Part shown: in pieces, positions 1-15,700 of the stretch
Layout of the letters: each line of letters starts with the position of its first letter
Position numbering within the stretch: the stretch's first letter is position 1
NCBI GenBank assembly: GCA_002245135.1
Contig: NGBS01000880.1
Span: 124,001 to 186,715 of the forward strand
Source: Proteromonas lacertae
Lineage: Eukaryota
Reading direction: 5' to 3'
Length of the DNA stretch: 62,715 nucleotides
Notes under the pieces: generated by a model
Database searches by the model: none
Told to the model about the DNA's origin: nothing
The model's input: the letters and a program-made list of their open reading frames with translations, nothing else
Translations under genes and position numbers: made by a program

Positions 1-1979
1 TGAATATTGGAGGTAAATACTTTTTCTTTATCTTTTTATTATTATTTAAATTAGATGAATTATTTGCAACACTATCAAATTCACTATTTAAATTAATAGA
101 AACAGATTTCAAATTTGATTTATTTCTTGGTTTTATAAATTCAATTATATTATTATTTGAATTGTCATTATTATTATTATATCTATTAGATGGATTTTGT
201 TGAGATATTCTATTGAGTTTTACTACTGGTATTTTTTGAATATTTTCTTCTTTTATTTCTTTGGATGGTTTATTATTTGGATGTGTTGTTGTTAATGATT
301 TTGATGTATTAGGTGTATTAGATGTATTAGGTGTATTAGATGTATTAGGTGTATTAGATGTATTAGGTGTATTTTGTGTATTTGATGTATTTGATGTATT
401 TGACAATATTGAATGTTTTTGTGAAGGTATTATTTCAGATATTGATACATTGGCAATATTATTATTATTATCATTATTATTCTGTTTTAATTTCATTATA
501 TCTTTATCTATTGAATTATCTTCAATTAAACTATTACCTTCGGAATCTGATGATGATGATGATGGAAATATTGCAGAATCAATAATCTTTTGAATTCGTT
601 TATTTGATTCAGGACTTGATCTAAATTGAGATATTGATTGATGTAATGATGATGATAATGAATTATTATGATTGTTATTATTGGCTTGGCTTGATTGATT
701 ATTATTTTCATTTTCATTATCTTCTTCTTCATCTTCTTCTTCTTTATCAATATGAACTGATTTAATTGAAATATCTTTTATATTCTTCTGTTTTGATTGA
801 CTATCATTATCATCTTCTGGAAATATTGAACTATTCAACTTTTTCATTTGATTCACTTTTAAGAATGACATTGAAGAGGATGATGAAGATGATCTTTGTT
901 GTTGTTGTTGTTGTTGAGATGGTAATGGATTAACTTCTATTTCATTATTACTTTTATTCAATTTATTTGATTGATTATGAACTTCTTCATTTTCAGATGA
1001 TAGTAATGATGATAATAAATGTCTGTTATTACTCATTACTTTATCTTGACTAGTAGGAAATAATTTCTTTTCATTTTTATTATTCATTACAAAGGTATAA
1101 TCTGATGATGAAGTTTCTGAAAATATATTCGTTTCATTATTATTTGATTTATTTTTATATCTTTTAGATGAGGATGGTTGAGATAATAATGAATCACTGG
1201 AAGGAATTTCATTATTAATATTTGGACTAATTACAAATGATTTGATCGTTTTAATTTTTGATGTATCTTTTCTTATTGATTGTTGTTTATTTGGAGAAAT
1301 ATATTCAGTAAATATTCCTGTTGATGATAAATTGTTATTTTTATCTTCAATTAGTGGATTTATTCTATCAAATTCATCTTTTGACATAGATTCTCTTTCA
1401 TAGAGTAAATTTATATTTTGATTGGTTGGAAATTGTGATAAATACAAATTATTTTGTTTTTTATTTGGTGATGAAGATGATAATAAATCTGAATTGGGTT
1501 TAACTTCTATGAATTCAGGTTCAAAATGATCTTCTGCTTTTATACCATTAGATATTGAACTTGTTTCAGAGATGGATGATATTTGTAAGGATGGAAATTG
1601 TTGTTGTTGTTGTTGTGATGGATGTTGACTTAACTGTAGTGGTTCTTGTATTGAAATATTTTCAGAAGAAATTGTTGATGTTTGAACCGCATTATCTCTA
1701 TGTGCTATTCCTTGGCCACCAAATGGGTTTTCGATTTTATAATATTCTAATTCCTATATTATGAAGATTATTGAGTTACAGCTATACTAAATTTATTGCA
1801 TTTAATCTACTATCGATTTTAAGTAATTCATCATCTTTAGAACTATTTAATTGTTTTTCAACCTATAAAATAAAGAAATACGTTTATACTTCAAATTTCT
1901 TCTTCATTATTTCATTTTCTTGTTGAAGCTTTAGATTTTTACTTATTAGTGAGTTTTTTGTTTTTATTTTGGTTGTCAT
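1..1979 (-). CDS. Low-complexity S/N/Q-rich hypothetical protein with N-terminal coiled coil; two short introns; 3' end runs off the window
   Basis: ATG at 1979 (MTTKIKTK...), GT-AG introns near 1863-1889 and 1754-1787, then an apparently open frame (ELEYYKIENPFGGQG...) toward position 1. Absent from the ORF track, probably because no stop lies in the window. Confidence 0.6.
303..401. repeat. 18-bp tandem repeat (GATGTATTAGGTGTATTA)n decaying into 9-bp units; encodes NTPNTS repeats on the minus strand
   Basis: Directly visible. Confidence 0.85.
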
Positions 1980-2145
1980 TGTGGTAAAAAAATTAAAAAC
2001 TATATTCTCAAACTTGTTTGATATTCAAAAAAATGACAGTTTTGTTTTTGAATGTTACTTTTGAATAAATCAACAAATAACATGTATTACATAATATTTA
2101 CTTCATTTCTATAAAGGATCGAGTAAAAATTAATTAAATTTACAT

Positions 2146-3232
2146 TTAATAACTAACAAAATCTTTCAAATCATTCCACACATTGTCTAAGTCCAAAGGA
2201 AAACTAATTTCATTCAACAATGGCAAAAATGGCACATATTTACTCTCTTCCATTTCTTCACAATTGAACAAACTCTATATACAAAATAATAATCCCTGTA
2301 ATAAATACATAAATATATTCTACTAAATCTGTATTATCATTAACCATTAATATTTCATTTCTATACCTTATTAAAATGACAATAGAAAATCTAATTATAA
2401 TTGACCAACCATCACTGAAAAATTGATCCCACAGATTATCTCTTTCATTTTTAGAGAGTATAAATGTTTGTGTAAATAAAGTAATCCAATGTTTCAAATA
2501 AACATACAATACAATATCATAGGATAGATTATTAAGATGTTGAAATAAACTGAAATCACATATCTATATATATATGTCATTTATATAAATATATATGTAT
2601 AATACTCTTAAATTTTCATAAAATTTATCTTTTAATATATTAATTTGAGGTATTCCTTGGTTGAATAATTTCTCAAAACAAAATTTCTTGTGTTTTATCA
2701 TCTGATACATTAACAAAAATGATTGTTCTTGATTTCCTTTTGATAGAATGTAACATAACAAATAATTCATCCCTTGAACATATCCTAATTCAGGAATTGC
2801 TGATGCTAATGCTATTAATACTTTCCGAAGAGATTCTGTTGTAATATTGTAATATTGAGCTGCTAATTTACTTCTTGGAACATCTAAATCTATTTGATTT
2901 AATTGCTCTTGAGATATAGGTCTAAATATCACTTTCATTATACATACTGTTCAACAAATGAGGAATATTCAGGAGTATCGTCTTTTATGTGTGATAATTT
3001 AATCCAATATATTATTTTTGATTGATTATCTAAAGTATCTGTAGATAGACTATTAAAATAAGCAAAATAGCAAATACAAAAAAAAATTTGCTTTGTCTTG
3101 AATATAATCCTTTGTATCTTTTAGTGTCTGAACAGTCATATTTGTCATACTATTTAAACTGCTCCAAAACCTTTCCATGCTTCATAAATTGATAATGAAA
3201 ACTCAATGAAACGAATTAGATTTTTTATTCAT
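2146..3232 (-). CDS. TBC-domain Rab GTPase-activating protein, multi-exon
   Basis: IDLDVPRS (IxxDxxR) and GYVQGMNY motifs, plus WFITLF-like and LWDQFF segments; stop at 2146; start approximate. Confidence 0.85.
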
Positions 3233-3739
3233 TTTAAAATAGAATAATTCAGTGTAACAGTTCATGGAATGATCAAAATATTCATCCAAGTGTAGAATAT
3301 GTTAACAATATAAATAAGAATATAATATGAGGTAATGTGATAGAAATGTGAAAATCACCACAAATTGGAGTTTTCTTACTGGAGAATGTTGTATATATAT
3401 GATATTATATAATTATACATCCAGTATGTGTAGTATATAATCTTAATTAACGAAAATTAGAAAGTAAAACTAATGAGTGGTAGATATAACAGATATTCGT
3501 ATATCATGATGTATGTAAATTATATGGTGTGTAATATGGTGAATTAGAGTAGAGATGGTATAATCCCAATGAAATAATATTCTGTTGTTTATCAAAGAAA
3601 TTGAGTATAGAAGCAATGATTATTTCTGCAATTATTCAATAAAAAAGTGTATGAAAAAATATGTATGTAAAAAGTAATTATGTAAATACATCCTGCATTT
3701 TGAGTATGTAAAATTGAGTGAGAATTTACATAAATAGAA

Positions 3740-6700
3740 ATGAACTGTAATGTTTATTTAATTGTCCAAGGTATACCACCAAAGCAATTGAATGTAAATC
3801 TTTTATCTACATGTAGTAGTTTTATTGACAGACTAGCAGTATAGTTAATTTAATAATTTTGAAATAGGGTATATATAACTTATCATCTCAACAATTGATA
3901 TTAACAACATATTCTCGTGGAATTATTCCATATAGTAATATTGCTCTCTCAACATGTCTTTCAAATAATGATTACATATTCGTCTCACAGAAAGAATTAC
4001 ATTCTCAACAGCAAATTCTACCTAAAAAACAGCAATTAGTTGAAAGACAATCACTAACTGAACCACAGCTTGCAAATCAGCAATATCAACAAATTGCTGA
4101 ACCACACTATCGACAAAGTCAAACTCAACCACAAACTCAGCAAAGTCAACCACAGTATCAACAACAAGGTAATAAATTTATGAAAATTGCTCAGGGAAAA
4201 AATATAATACAACAACAAAATGGTAATCCAATTTATACTCCTCATAGATATAATGGAAGAACAATTTTTACAAATCAATATCCATATCTTTATCAACAAC
4301 AGCATATAACAGAATATACTACACAACGTTATCAAAATCCTTCAATAGTTATATCTCCTCAATCAAATTATCTATATCCAAATCCTACTATACCACCTAA
4401 TATTGGTGTTAATCAACCTTTTCTACCTCCACTTCCTGCACCACCACCATATGATGTAAATCCTCAACAACTTCTTCCGGCATTTGGTGTAAATCCACCT
4501 CCACCACCTCCACCATATGATGTAAATCCTCAACAATTTCCTCCTGCACTTGGTGCAAATCCATCACCACCATCTCCTCCAACATTTGATAATTCAAATC
4601 CTCCCCTTCCATCTTCGATAAGTGAAGAACAACAGCATATAATTGATAATAAACCTGAAGATAATAATGGTAATATACCAACTGAAAATAAACACAAGAA
4701 AGGAATGAAAAGAAGAGTTATAAATCCAGATTCAGATTCAGATAGTTCATATCAATCAGATGAAAATAGTGAAGGTGATAACAATGAAGAGAATGAAGAA
4801 GAAAACGAGATGAATAATATTCCTGAAGAAACTTCAAATGTGAAAGCTGATTATACCGTTTATGATATTATTACTATTCACCCATATGTGAAGTGTTCTA
4901 TATTGATTCAATATGAAACAGGTGAAATTGATTGTATTTCATTAGATAATTTATACATGAGGAATAATGATGGAAAAGTATATCCATCATTACCTTCTAC
5001 ATTAATTTGTGGATTAGATTATGTAGTAAAAGATTCTAAAATTGGTTTTCAATATATAGAAGAAAATAAAAAGAAAAATTTACATTACCATTATTAGAAA
5101 CAAGAAGTGATAATAACATTATTCCTGAAAAGATATATTTCCATCAAATATGTGATTGTAAAGAAAAATCCTATTGTTTTTCATCATTGAATAATAAATT
5201 TGTTACTTGTCATACTGATATAATGATTATTCATTCTCCAGATGAATCATTGGAAGTAATTGAAGAAAGAAAGAGAATAATAAAATGTCAACCATATAGA
5301 GATGTAACAGCTATAAATAAAAGATCTCAAGCTGTTTTAACTGAAAATGCATTAAAAAGAATGAAAATCATAGAAGATGGAATAGAAAAGAATACTCCAT
5401 TATTAGTTGAAGGTAAAACTTCAAGTGCCAAAACATTCACAGTTGAGCAAGTGTGTATGAATGGTCAAATTCCATTAATTCGATATAATTTCAGTCCATC
5501 ATCAGTAATTGATGAATTGATAGGAAATGTGATAATAAAAACAATAGATGGTAAATCAACTCCAATATTCCAATTAGGTCCATTTTCTGAAGCTTTTATT
5601 GAAGGAAAAGTGATATTATTGGATGAATTGTCATTAGCAAATATTGAAGTAGTTCAAGCAATAATGAATGTTTTAGATTCTCATGAATTATATGTTGATT
5701 CAATTAAATATGGTTATACAAAATATGATATGAATCCTAGTTTCAGAATAATAGCAACTCAAAATCCAGCTGGTTCAATATATAAAAGAACCAAAATTGA
5801 TGAAACAATGATGTCTAGATTCAGATATATTGATTCAAGATTCTTCCCAGAAATTAGTAAAGAAGAGTTGAAGAGTATATTAGAATCAATTGGAAATATT
5901 AATCAGGATAATGTGAATGATATTTTAAATTCTCATCAAAATGCTTTAGCCAATCATCCAGATAGAGTTTATACATTGAGAGATTGTATTAGAGCAAATA
6001 CTCTAATAACATCAGCTAAATGTTCTTCAAAAATAGCTACAGAGATTGTTTATGGTGATATATTACCAACAAATAAATTGGATTTATCTAAATCACCTGA
6101 AATTAGTAAATCTACTTTATTTCCATTGAATGAAACTATTTGGAATAATCTTTGTCAATACATAAAAGCAATATTTAAATCAGGTTGTCATATTTTATTA
6201 TGTAGTGAGAATGAATATACAGCTAGAAAGTATGTATTATCATATCTCCAATCTATTCATGATAATGAAAAACCCAATATTATAAGATGTACAAGTGGAA
6301 CAACGACTGAGAATTTAGTTGGAATGTTTCAATTAGAAGGAAATAATAATAATGAAGAAAACAGAGTGATAAGTACAAAATGGCATGATTCTCCTTTAGT
6401 AAAAAGTATAATCAATGGAGAAACTTGTTTTCTTCAATCATTAGATAATATGAAATCTAATTCAATCGAAAGATTGAATTCTTCATTAGAAATAATACCA
6501 AATGATGGATGTAAACAGAAAGTGAGATTTGATGAAAGAATTGAAGAACCAGAAATTGATATTCATCCAAATTTCAGAATAATTGCAAGTGTTTCAAATA
6601 ATGGTTTAATGAAATTCTCTCCTGCTTTGATTAATAGATTTATATTAGTTACTTTACCAGATGAAAAAATAGAAAATGCATTTGAAGAAAGTGATGAGAA

Positions 6701-9700
6701 TAAAAAAGAGATGATAAATACTTTCTGTGAATCATTCTTCAAAGAAGAAACAAAGAAACATATAAATGAATTAACAAAATATTATGAAAAACATTCAAAA
6801 TATTTAGAATGTTATGAAGGATTATTTGAAGGAGTTGAAGAAAGAAGAGAGTTATTAAGTGAAATATTAATATCATTAATCACACACAGATCAATAGCTT
6901 TATTTGGACATAAAGAAAGTGGTAAAAGTTATTTAATAGAACAACTATTGAATGGAAGTTATAATCCAATAAAATCTCTAGCATTATATATCTCTCCAGA
7001 AACTGAAATTGATCAATTGTTAGGATTTTTCACCAAGGATAGAGAATTTCATCGAGGTGTAGTTATATCAGCAATGGAAGAAGGTGTAGTATTGATGATT
7101 GAACATTCTCATTTATTATCAAGTGATATATTACAATTGTTTGAAACATTTATTGATCCAACCACTAATGAATTTGAATATATGAATAAAATCTTCAAAA
7201 TACATCCATCATTCAGAGTAATATTCAATTTCACAACATCTGGTGATAGAAAACCAACTCAATCAATACCTTGTTATTGTCCAAGTTTTGAAATAAAAGA
7301 ATATACAAATGAAGAAAAGAGTAAGATATTTGACTTACCAAAAGAAATATTTGAAAATGATTTATTCTCAATGACTCAACTTAAATTTATTGTTCAAATG
7401 GAATTAATTTGCGAAGAAAACTTGCCTTATTTACTTGGTTTATATTGTGATGAAAGTAAAATATCATTATTAGATGAGATATTCAAAGATATAATCAAAA
7501 ATACAACAATCGAGACATTTTTGAAAAGTAAAATTAATTTCGTAAAAGAAAAGAATCATTATGCTCTATCAAAGTATAATATATCAACAACATGTGAATT
7601 AAATAAAATATCTGATAATGTTGATAATTGGTATTTGGAAAGTCTATTTCGATTATCGTTATTATCATCAAGTGATTGTCAAGCACCAGTTTTATATATT
7701 ACATGTGAATCATTCCAAGAATCTTTAATGAAAGATTTATATGAAGATAATGGAAGATTTATCGAATTATCAAGATCTTATGATTCTTCTTATTTGATAG
7801 GAAGTACTTTAATTTCCAGTCCATCTGAGTTATTAACAACAATGAATCAAATAGCAACATCATATAAAAAATACAATAATCATAATCCAAGTAATTCATT
7901 TGTTAAATGGAAGAATAATATGGAGGAAATAATGAAATATAATGAAGAATCTTGTTTATTCTTCAAACCTGGTTTGATAATGACAAGTTTTATAACTGAT
8001 GAAACATTGATATTAAATCATTTTGATCTTATAAGTGAATCTGTTTTACCAAGAATAACAGGATTGTTAGAGTTATACAAAGGAAATATGTTTTATAATA
8101 GAAATGATAGTAACCAATATCATTATTCAGTTTATGAAGATATAATGAATTAAATAAAAGATATAAGAAGTTATGTTCCACCCAAGATGATAGGAGTAAT
8201 AAGTAATAGTGATTTTAATAGAATTAATGATAAATCATTATTCTTGCCAATCTATTGTCCAAATCCAACAGAAACAGAAATAATCAGAAGATTTCCATTA
8301 TATAAAGTTATAAAAGGATATCCATTACACTTTTACACATTAGAGAATAGAATAAAGAAGTGTTTTAGAAATCCAATTGATTCAATGTTTTATTTAGATT
8401 ATATATCAAGAAATCATCAATCAAGATATGAATTACTAAGATTGGAAAAAAACAAATCTGTTTCTCAACCATTACAAAGACTATTCAAATTAGATAATAA
8501 GAATTCTGAAGAAGTATCAGGGAATTTGGATGTTGATAAATTATTGAAAGAAGTATTTAGTGTTAGTTTTATGGATGTGTATGATAAGATTCAAGATTAT
8601 TTGAATAAGAATAATAATGATACATTCTATCTAGGTCCAACCACAGTTCATATGATATTGACATTATTATTAGGAATACAATCGAATTTACCAGTGATAT
8701 TAGAAGGTGATCCAGGTGTTGGTAAATCAGTAACAGCTCAACATGTTTATAATGCTTTGAATATTCCAATATTCAGATTTAATTTATCACCAAATATAAC
8801 AATTCAAGAATTATTTTGTACTTTAACAGTTGATAATGAAGGAAAATCAATACCTCAATCAGGAATAATAACAAAGATATTAGAAAATCATGTAGATGAT
8901 GAAGAAATAGGATTTCTATTTGATGAATTAAATTTAGCTCCATCTGATGTATTGGATGAGTTTTACACATTTATAAAATGTTGTACTGATAAGAATAAAA
9001 CAACATTTGATGCTCCTGGTTATGGAACAATAAAACTACCAAAGAAAGTTAATATAATTTGTACTTTAAATCCTGCTTCAATGACAAGTAACAGATCTTC
9101 TTTATCAAGTAATTTATTAACAATTAGTTTATACCATAATGATATATCATATCAATTATCTGAATTATTGACAATAGGCAAACAAATATTAAAACAAAGT
9201 GAAAATCCAGAAGATGGAGCTGAAGATATAGAAAAGTTCAATCAAATAATCAATCAATTATTTGAACAATCCTTAAGACTTGGAAAACAAATAGGTATAG
9301 GATTTACATTGAGAGAACCAATCAAAGCAATAGAAGTGTGGAGAAGTTTTGATATAAAAGCTGATATAAAAGCAGCTTTATGGTTGATATTTGGATGTAA
9401 ATACAATCAGTATGATATTCAAGAAATTGAGAAAGTTTTATCAATCAATAATAAGATGGATATAAAACTGATAGGTAAAGAAGAAAATACATTATTAACA
9501 GGTCCTTGGTCAATTCCATTCTCAAAAGAATCTTGTGGATTTGATTTTAATCAATTTACAACTTCAGAAAAATCCTTAGCTTATAAAATAGCTTTATCAT
9601 ATATATCCAAAAGAGCAGTGATATTATATGGTCCATCTCCATCTGGCAAAAGTTATGTATTAAGAAGATTAGCAGAATTATATAATCAGACATTGATAGT

Positions 9701-12688
9701 TGTTCCATTGAATAGTGAAAGTACTACATCTTCGTTAATAGGTAGAATGGAATTAAATCTATCTGAAAAAGGTAGAAAAGATTCGATTGAATTTAAGAAA
9801 GGTCCATTATTAACAGCTATAGAAAAAGGATGTTGGATAGTAATAGAAGATATAAATCTAGCAAGTGGTGATATTTTGGAAAGATTAAACTCATTATGTG
9901 AAGAAAATCCTGAATTGAAAATAACTGAATATAATGGTGAAAATGGAGATGAAGAAATAAGATATACAAGAGATAATCCCAAAGCTGAATATAGAATTCA
10001 TGATAATTTTCGAATTTATTTCTCTTTTTCAACAACCAATCTAGCAACAATTCCAGCTCCATTGTTAAGTCGTTGTATAGAGATATATGCTAATCCATTA
10101 AACACAGTAGAATCTGCTCAAGAATTGTGTTATATAAAAGAAAAAGAGGATGAAGTGAAATGTTTTGGAAAAGAAATTCCAATTAATTTCAGAAATATAC
10201 TGAGATATTTGAATAATCCAAATGATGAAAGCTATGAATTTGAATTTCATATGAGAAGAGAATCAAAATATCCAATATTAGTAAAACCTCCAGAAACTAA
10301 TACATCAAATATAAGTATATTAATCAAAAGATTGAAAGATAAGAATGTTGATAAAATTGAAGATTTGATAGAACAAGTAATGAATGATAGTATATTGATG
10401 TTTAACAGGAATGGAAGTAATAGTGAACATTCCCAAATATACCAAATAATAAATTCTAACTACACATCATCATTATTATATTATCCACTTTATCAGATAT
10501 ATTCAACAGTGAATAAGAATTTTGGTAAAAATACAACAATAATTGAATGTAATCCAAATCTTCAAAGATGGATTTTATTCAAATCCTTCAAACTATCTTC
10601 ATCAGAGAAATTAAAGTCAGTGCATAAATGCCCTTTGATTGATATAGAAGATAATGAAATATGTAAATTAAAAGAATATTATAAATTCAAAAAAGATTCA
10701 GATGAATTGTTGTTATGTTATATAATAGGTAAAGATAAAGTATTTTTGGATGATGAACAATCAAAATGGTATGAATATAGAGAAATGTTTAGGGATATAA
10801 TTGAAAAGATAGATGAATTAGGTCCAATAGAAGTAATAGAGAATATAATGAACAGAACACTATATTTATTGAAGAAATGTTCATCAAATATATCAAGAAG
10901 ACCAAAAGAAAACACAGGAATAACTGATTTACTATTTGATGAGATTCAAAGAATATATGATGAATTTGATGAATCAATGAAAGATACAACTTTAAAACTG
11001 AATAGATTCAAAAGAATTGGTAAATATTTTGAAGAATATTCTTTGTTTTATACTGAAATGAAAGATTTAAAAGCAATATCTATGATAAGAGAACAAGATA
11101 AGAGACAAAGAGTGATGAATTATAACAAAATCAAAAGAGAATTAGCAAAAATAAAGAGTGGATTTGAAATGGATTTTGAAGAAGAAAACAATATAGAAGG
11201 AATAGATGATGATGCTTATGATTTATTAAAAGATATAAAACAAATAAAAGACACAATAATCGATTATCATCAAATTCAAGATAAAGAAGCAAGATTGTAT
11301 TTAGAATGTAGTCATTTCTTATATGCTTTAGAAGTGTCAAATACAGCATCAGCAATAGTTCAATATTATGAATTATTGAGAGAATTAGAAATATCAAAAG
11401 ATAAGTTAATTAATGATTTTGAGAATTTTGAAGTAATGAAAGAATCTTTAGAAATATATGTGACAGCTAGAATCAATTATTATGCTAAAACTGTTGATGT
11501 AAATCATTATTATGCCATTATAAAAGAAGCTCCATTTTATATTCATAGAAAAATAACTAATGAACAATTAGATAGTGCAATAAATACTTTATTAGAAAGT
11601 GAATGGATTAAATCGAAACAAAGATTTATCAATGGGAGAGTTGATTATGATTTATCACATATAACTAATAAATGTAATACAGATTATTATGAAGATAAAT
11701 TAGAATTACAAGCATTGAGAATTATTAGATATGTAGAAGAAGAAAATGAAAGAGAATTGGATTTACATAAGATATTATCATTAGAACCATATAATTACAC
11801 AAGTAAATGTGAGCCAGGAACAATAGTATCATCATCTGATTTAAAGTATGAATATCAATTAAAGAATTATAATATGAAAAGTGAACCTTTGTTTTATATC
11901 TATGAAGGAATATATTTTTCTTCACTGCCATTTCATGATAAATTAGTTTTAATATGTCCATTATTACACAATGAATTATCAGATATTGTGTTAGAAATAT
12001 TGAGTGAAATATCATTGAAAGATTTCTTTAAAACAAATCCTATTCTAAAATCAATAGATGATATAATTCCAAAAGCAGATGAATATCTTCAAAATGAATA
12101 TAAAAATAGAATAGAAGAAATAGACAAAAAGATAAAGAGATTAGAAAAAGAGTATAATGAATTGAAGAATAATAAAAACAAATTAGAAAATAATTATAAA
12201 CAAATGGAAGATAAATTAAAAAGAGATGTAAATATTGCTAAACAGATAGAAATTGGGAATTATAGGAATAGATTTGCCAAATTAAATGATTATATAAAAG
12301 CTAAGAATTATATTTTAACATTATATTATCACCAATCAATAAATCATATGATTGAAAAGACTAACCCACAAGATTCAAAATTATCTGAAAATGATATAAA
12401 AAGATTAAACAATATAGAACCAAACTCAATTTATTTCAAAATTGCTATTTTCAGATATGATGAAAATACTAATTTCTCATTTAAACTTCATTGTGGTGAT
12501 GATTTAGTGTTGAGATTTACAAATCATGAAATAAATATCAAAGAAGGGGTTATTAGTAAGATATTAAATTGGTTTGGCTATGGTAATGAAAGAAAAGAAT
12601 TATATGTTGTTTTGCCATTATCAACTTATGATGTAAATGTTGAAATAATTAATCAAACAGGTGATGTTGAAATTGAATATAAATATTA

Positions 12689-12721
<33 letters not shown>

Positions 12722-15700
12722 TAGATTATTAATGGTAAATATGATAAAATTCTGTAAAGAGTATGAAGTATCGTATTTTATAGATATTGAAAGAGAAACT
12801 ATGAATGAATATAAATATATATTGCATGAAGATAATAATCTAAGAGAATGTATTAAAAAATGTAAACGCGCTTATCTATTTTGTTATTCTTTAAATGCAG
12901 TTAAAAGAAGTACAATATTACATTCATCATGGTTTCAATCTGATATATATTATTCTCCAATTAAAGATAGATTCAATAATGCATCGGTTAGAATTTCTAT
13001 ACCTGTGACTAATAATTCACCATTAGTTTCAGAAGAAGAGTTGAAAATACTAAATGAAAGAAAATATAATAATTATAATGAAGATTATCAAATACCAGAT
13101 AGTGATTATTTTATATATGATCATGGTTTAAAAACGTATCAAAAAGGAATAAGAAATGATTTTAGAGATATAATAAAAGAGATTAATAATTGTCAAAAGG
13201 AAATTAATGAAATTGAAAATAAATATTCAATAAAGCTTCATGAATTAGAAGATACAAAGAAAGAAAAACAGAGAATTATAAAACCAACTGTAATTAAATC
13301 AAAAGTGTATATTCCAGAAGGATATGAATATAAAAGAAATAATTCAAAACAAAAGAAAGATAAAATGAATTTAGCTAATGTGATATTTATAACAAATATC
13401 AAAGATCATGAATTTATTCTTCCTGAAGATGATTATTTTGAATTACCTCCATTAGTCAAATCCAGATCTAATCCAATTATAACAATTCCAATAATTAATC
13501 CATCCAACATTAATATATCTGTTGAATCAAAGAAATGTCGTGTTAGAATAACACCATCAAGTGAATTAGAAATAATGGTTGATAATCCAGAAGTAGGAGA
13601 AATAGAAATACCAATAAAATTATCAATTCCAAACAAATCAGTTGAAATGAAAGTGAAATTTGAAGTGAAAGAATATGATGGTGTTTTTTTCACAAATTAT
13701 CAATGTGGAATTGATTCAAGTCATCCAAATAGATTAATCTATACGTGCAAAAGAAATGATGCTCCATTTGAATTAACATGGTTTGATGAAAAAGGAAAAC
13801 AAACAAAAAAGCATTATCGAAAGAATGATATTAAAATGGAAGTAGATAATAAGTATTCTATTCATTATGTTAATTATTTAAACCAACCATTAGGATTTAA
13901 ATTTATAGAAAGAAAAGGAAAATGGGAATTATATAATCCTGATAAAGAATCTCCATATAATGATATTGTTGGTTTGCCAAAAGATATAGTTGATGTAGAT
14001 GAAAAATTAAATCAAATCCAACAAAAGAATAGTTTGACAGAATATGTTAATGGTTTAAAGAATATATTCTTATCAAAACTATCAAATAATGAAGATGTAA
14101 GTGATAAAGTAAATCAAATAATTTCCTATTTATATCATATATCAGTTAACAAAGAAGATTATCTGAATAGTATATTCAAATTAGTAAATGATAATCTTCA
14201 ATACATAAACACTCAAAATCATCCATTAATATGGAAAGACAAACGTGAATTAGGAAATGAACTTAAAAAGAATGAAAATAATCCACAAAATAATAGAAAG
14301 AAAGCAGTTGCTGAAGAAAAGAAACAGGTGTCGAATATGGCAATAGGTTTTAAGCATAATAATGAAGGAATAAAAAATGTTAAAGGAAAATTAGTGAAAT
14401 TGGGTAATAGAGAAGGAGATAAAGATATGAGAATGATAATAAGTGCTTTTATAGGTGATATGAATCCTGAAATAGAAAATGAAGCAAATGAAGAAAATGA
14501 AAATGAAGAAAATGAGAATGAGATGAATGAAGAAGATGTTGAAAGACAGATAGATAATTTGAGAGATATGAATGTGAGAGATATATTAGAACATTTCAAA
14601 GCGATGACATTAGATGAATATTTCAAATCAATAGATGAAAGAAGAAATGATAAAGATGCAACAAAGATAATGAAGTTGAAAGAAGAAGAGAATAGAATTC
14701 CATCATCAGAATTTAAATTAATCAATGAAATTGATACTAATATGATGAAAGAATATAGAAAATCATTATTGAAATATGTTTATTATATGACAAATGAGAT
14801 AAGAAATCTAAATTCAAAGAGAGAAAACCCATTACAACTGATTCAAACATTGGCAATAATAATTGATACATCATTTACTCATAAGAAATACAAAGCCAGA
14901 TTAAGATCATTAACAGCATGTATATTATTATTGATTTGTAAAGAGTTGAATATATCAACCCAAATATTAGCATCATTATCACATGGTCAATGTATATCAA
15001 TAGCTGAATATAAAGAAGATTTATATATAAAAATGAGTAGAATATTTGATTTAGAAGGAGTAGAGAAAATGCCTTCAACTCCATTAGATGTATTTTCATA
15101 TCCTGAAGACACACCAACAAATAATCCAAACCATGATCATATGTATATAATAATAAGTGATTGTTTTTCAGAACAATTATTAACATCCAATGATGATGTA
15201 TGTAATTTCATAAGAAGTAATTTGAAAGTATTATTTTTGATGAGAATAAATGGAAATAATGATCATCCAGATGAATTATTATCACCTGATAATTCTGCAA
15301 TGATGAAAAAATGTGTTGAATATAATTTTACATCAAATAACAATATAATGATTGATAATGAAAGATGTTTTGAAGATATGAAATATTTTGTGAAATTATA
15401 TCCTTTCTTCTATTCTGACATACCAATTAAATATGAATATAACATGAAAGAGTTATTGCCTCAATCCAATCCAAATATAAATGATAATTCAAAATCAATA
15501 GGAATAGGATTATATGAAGTAAAAGAAAAAGATATATATGCAGTTTTAATTGATGATAGTAAATATGATGGAAATACAATAAAACTACCAGCTGTTGGTG
15601 ATAAAGATTTAGATTTCATAAGTCATGGAAATGGTAATGTTGTATTACATAAATATTTGACAGAGAATATAAAGAGTAATTTGTTGTTTTATCCATTGAA

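Noticed and set aside
261..593. Plus-strand ORFs over the 18-bp repeat; CRISPR-like array
   Set aside because: Antisense shadows of a low-complexity gene; the repeats have no unique spacers and the DNA is eukaryotic.
3250..3695. Possible second hAT relic (CAGTGT... / ...ATACATCCTG)
   Set aside because: Weak terminal match, no target-site duplication and no coding remnant.
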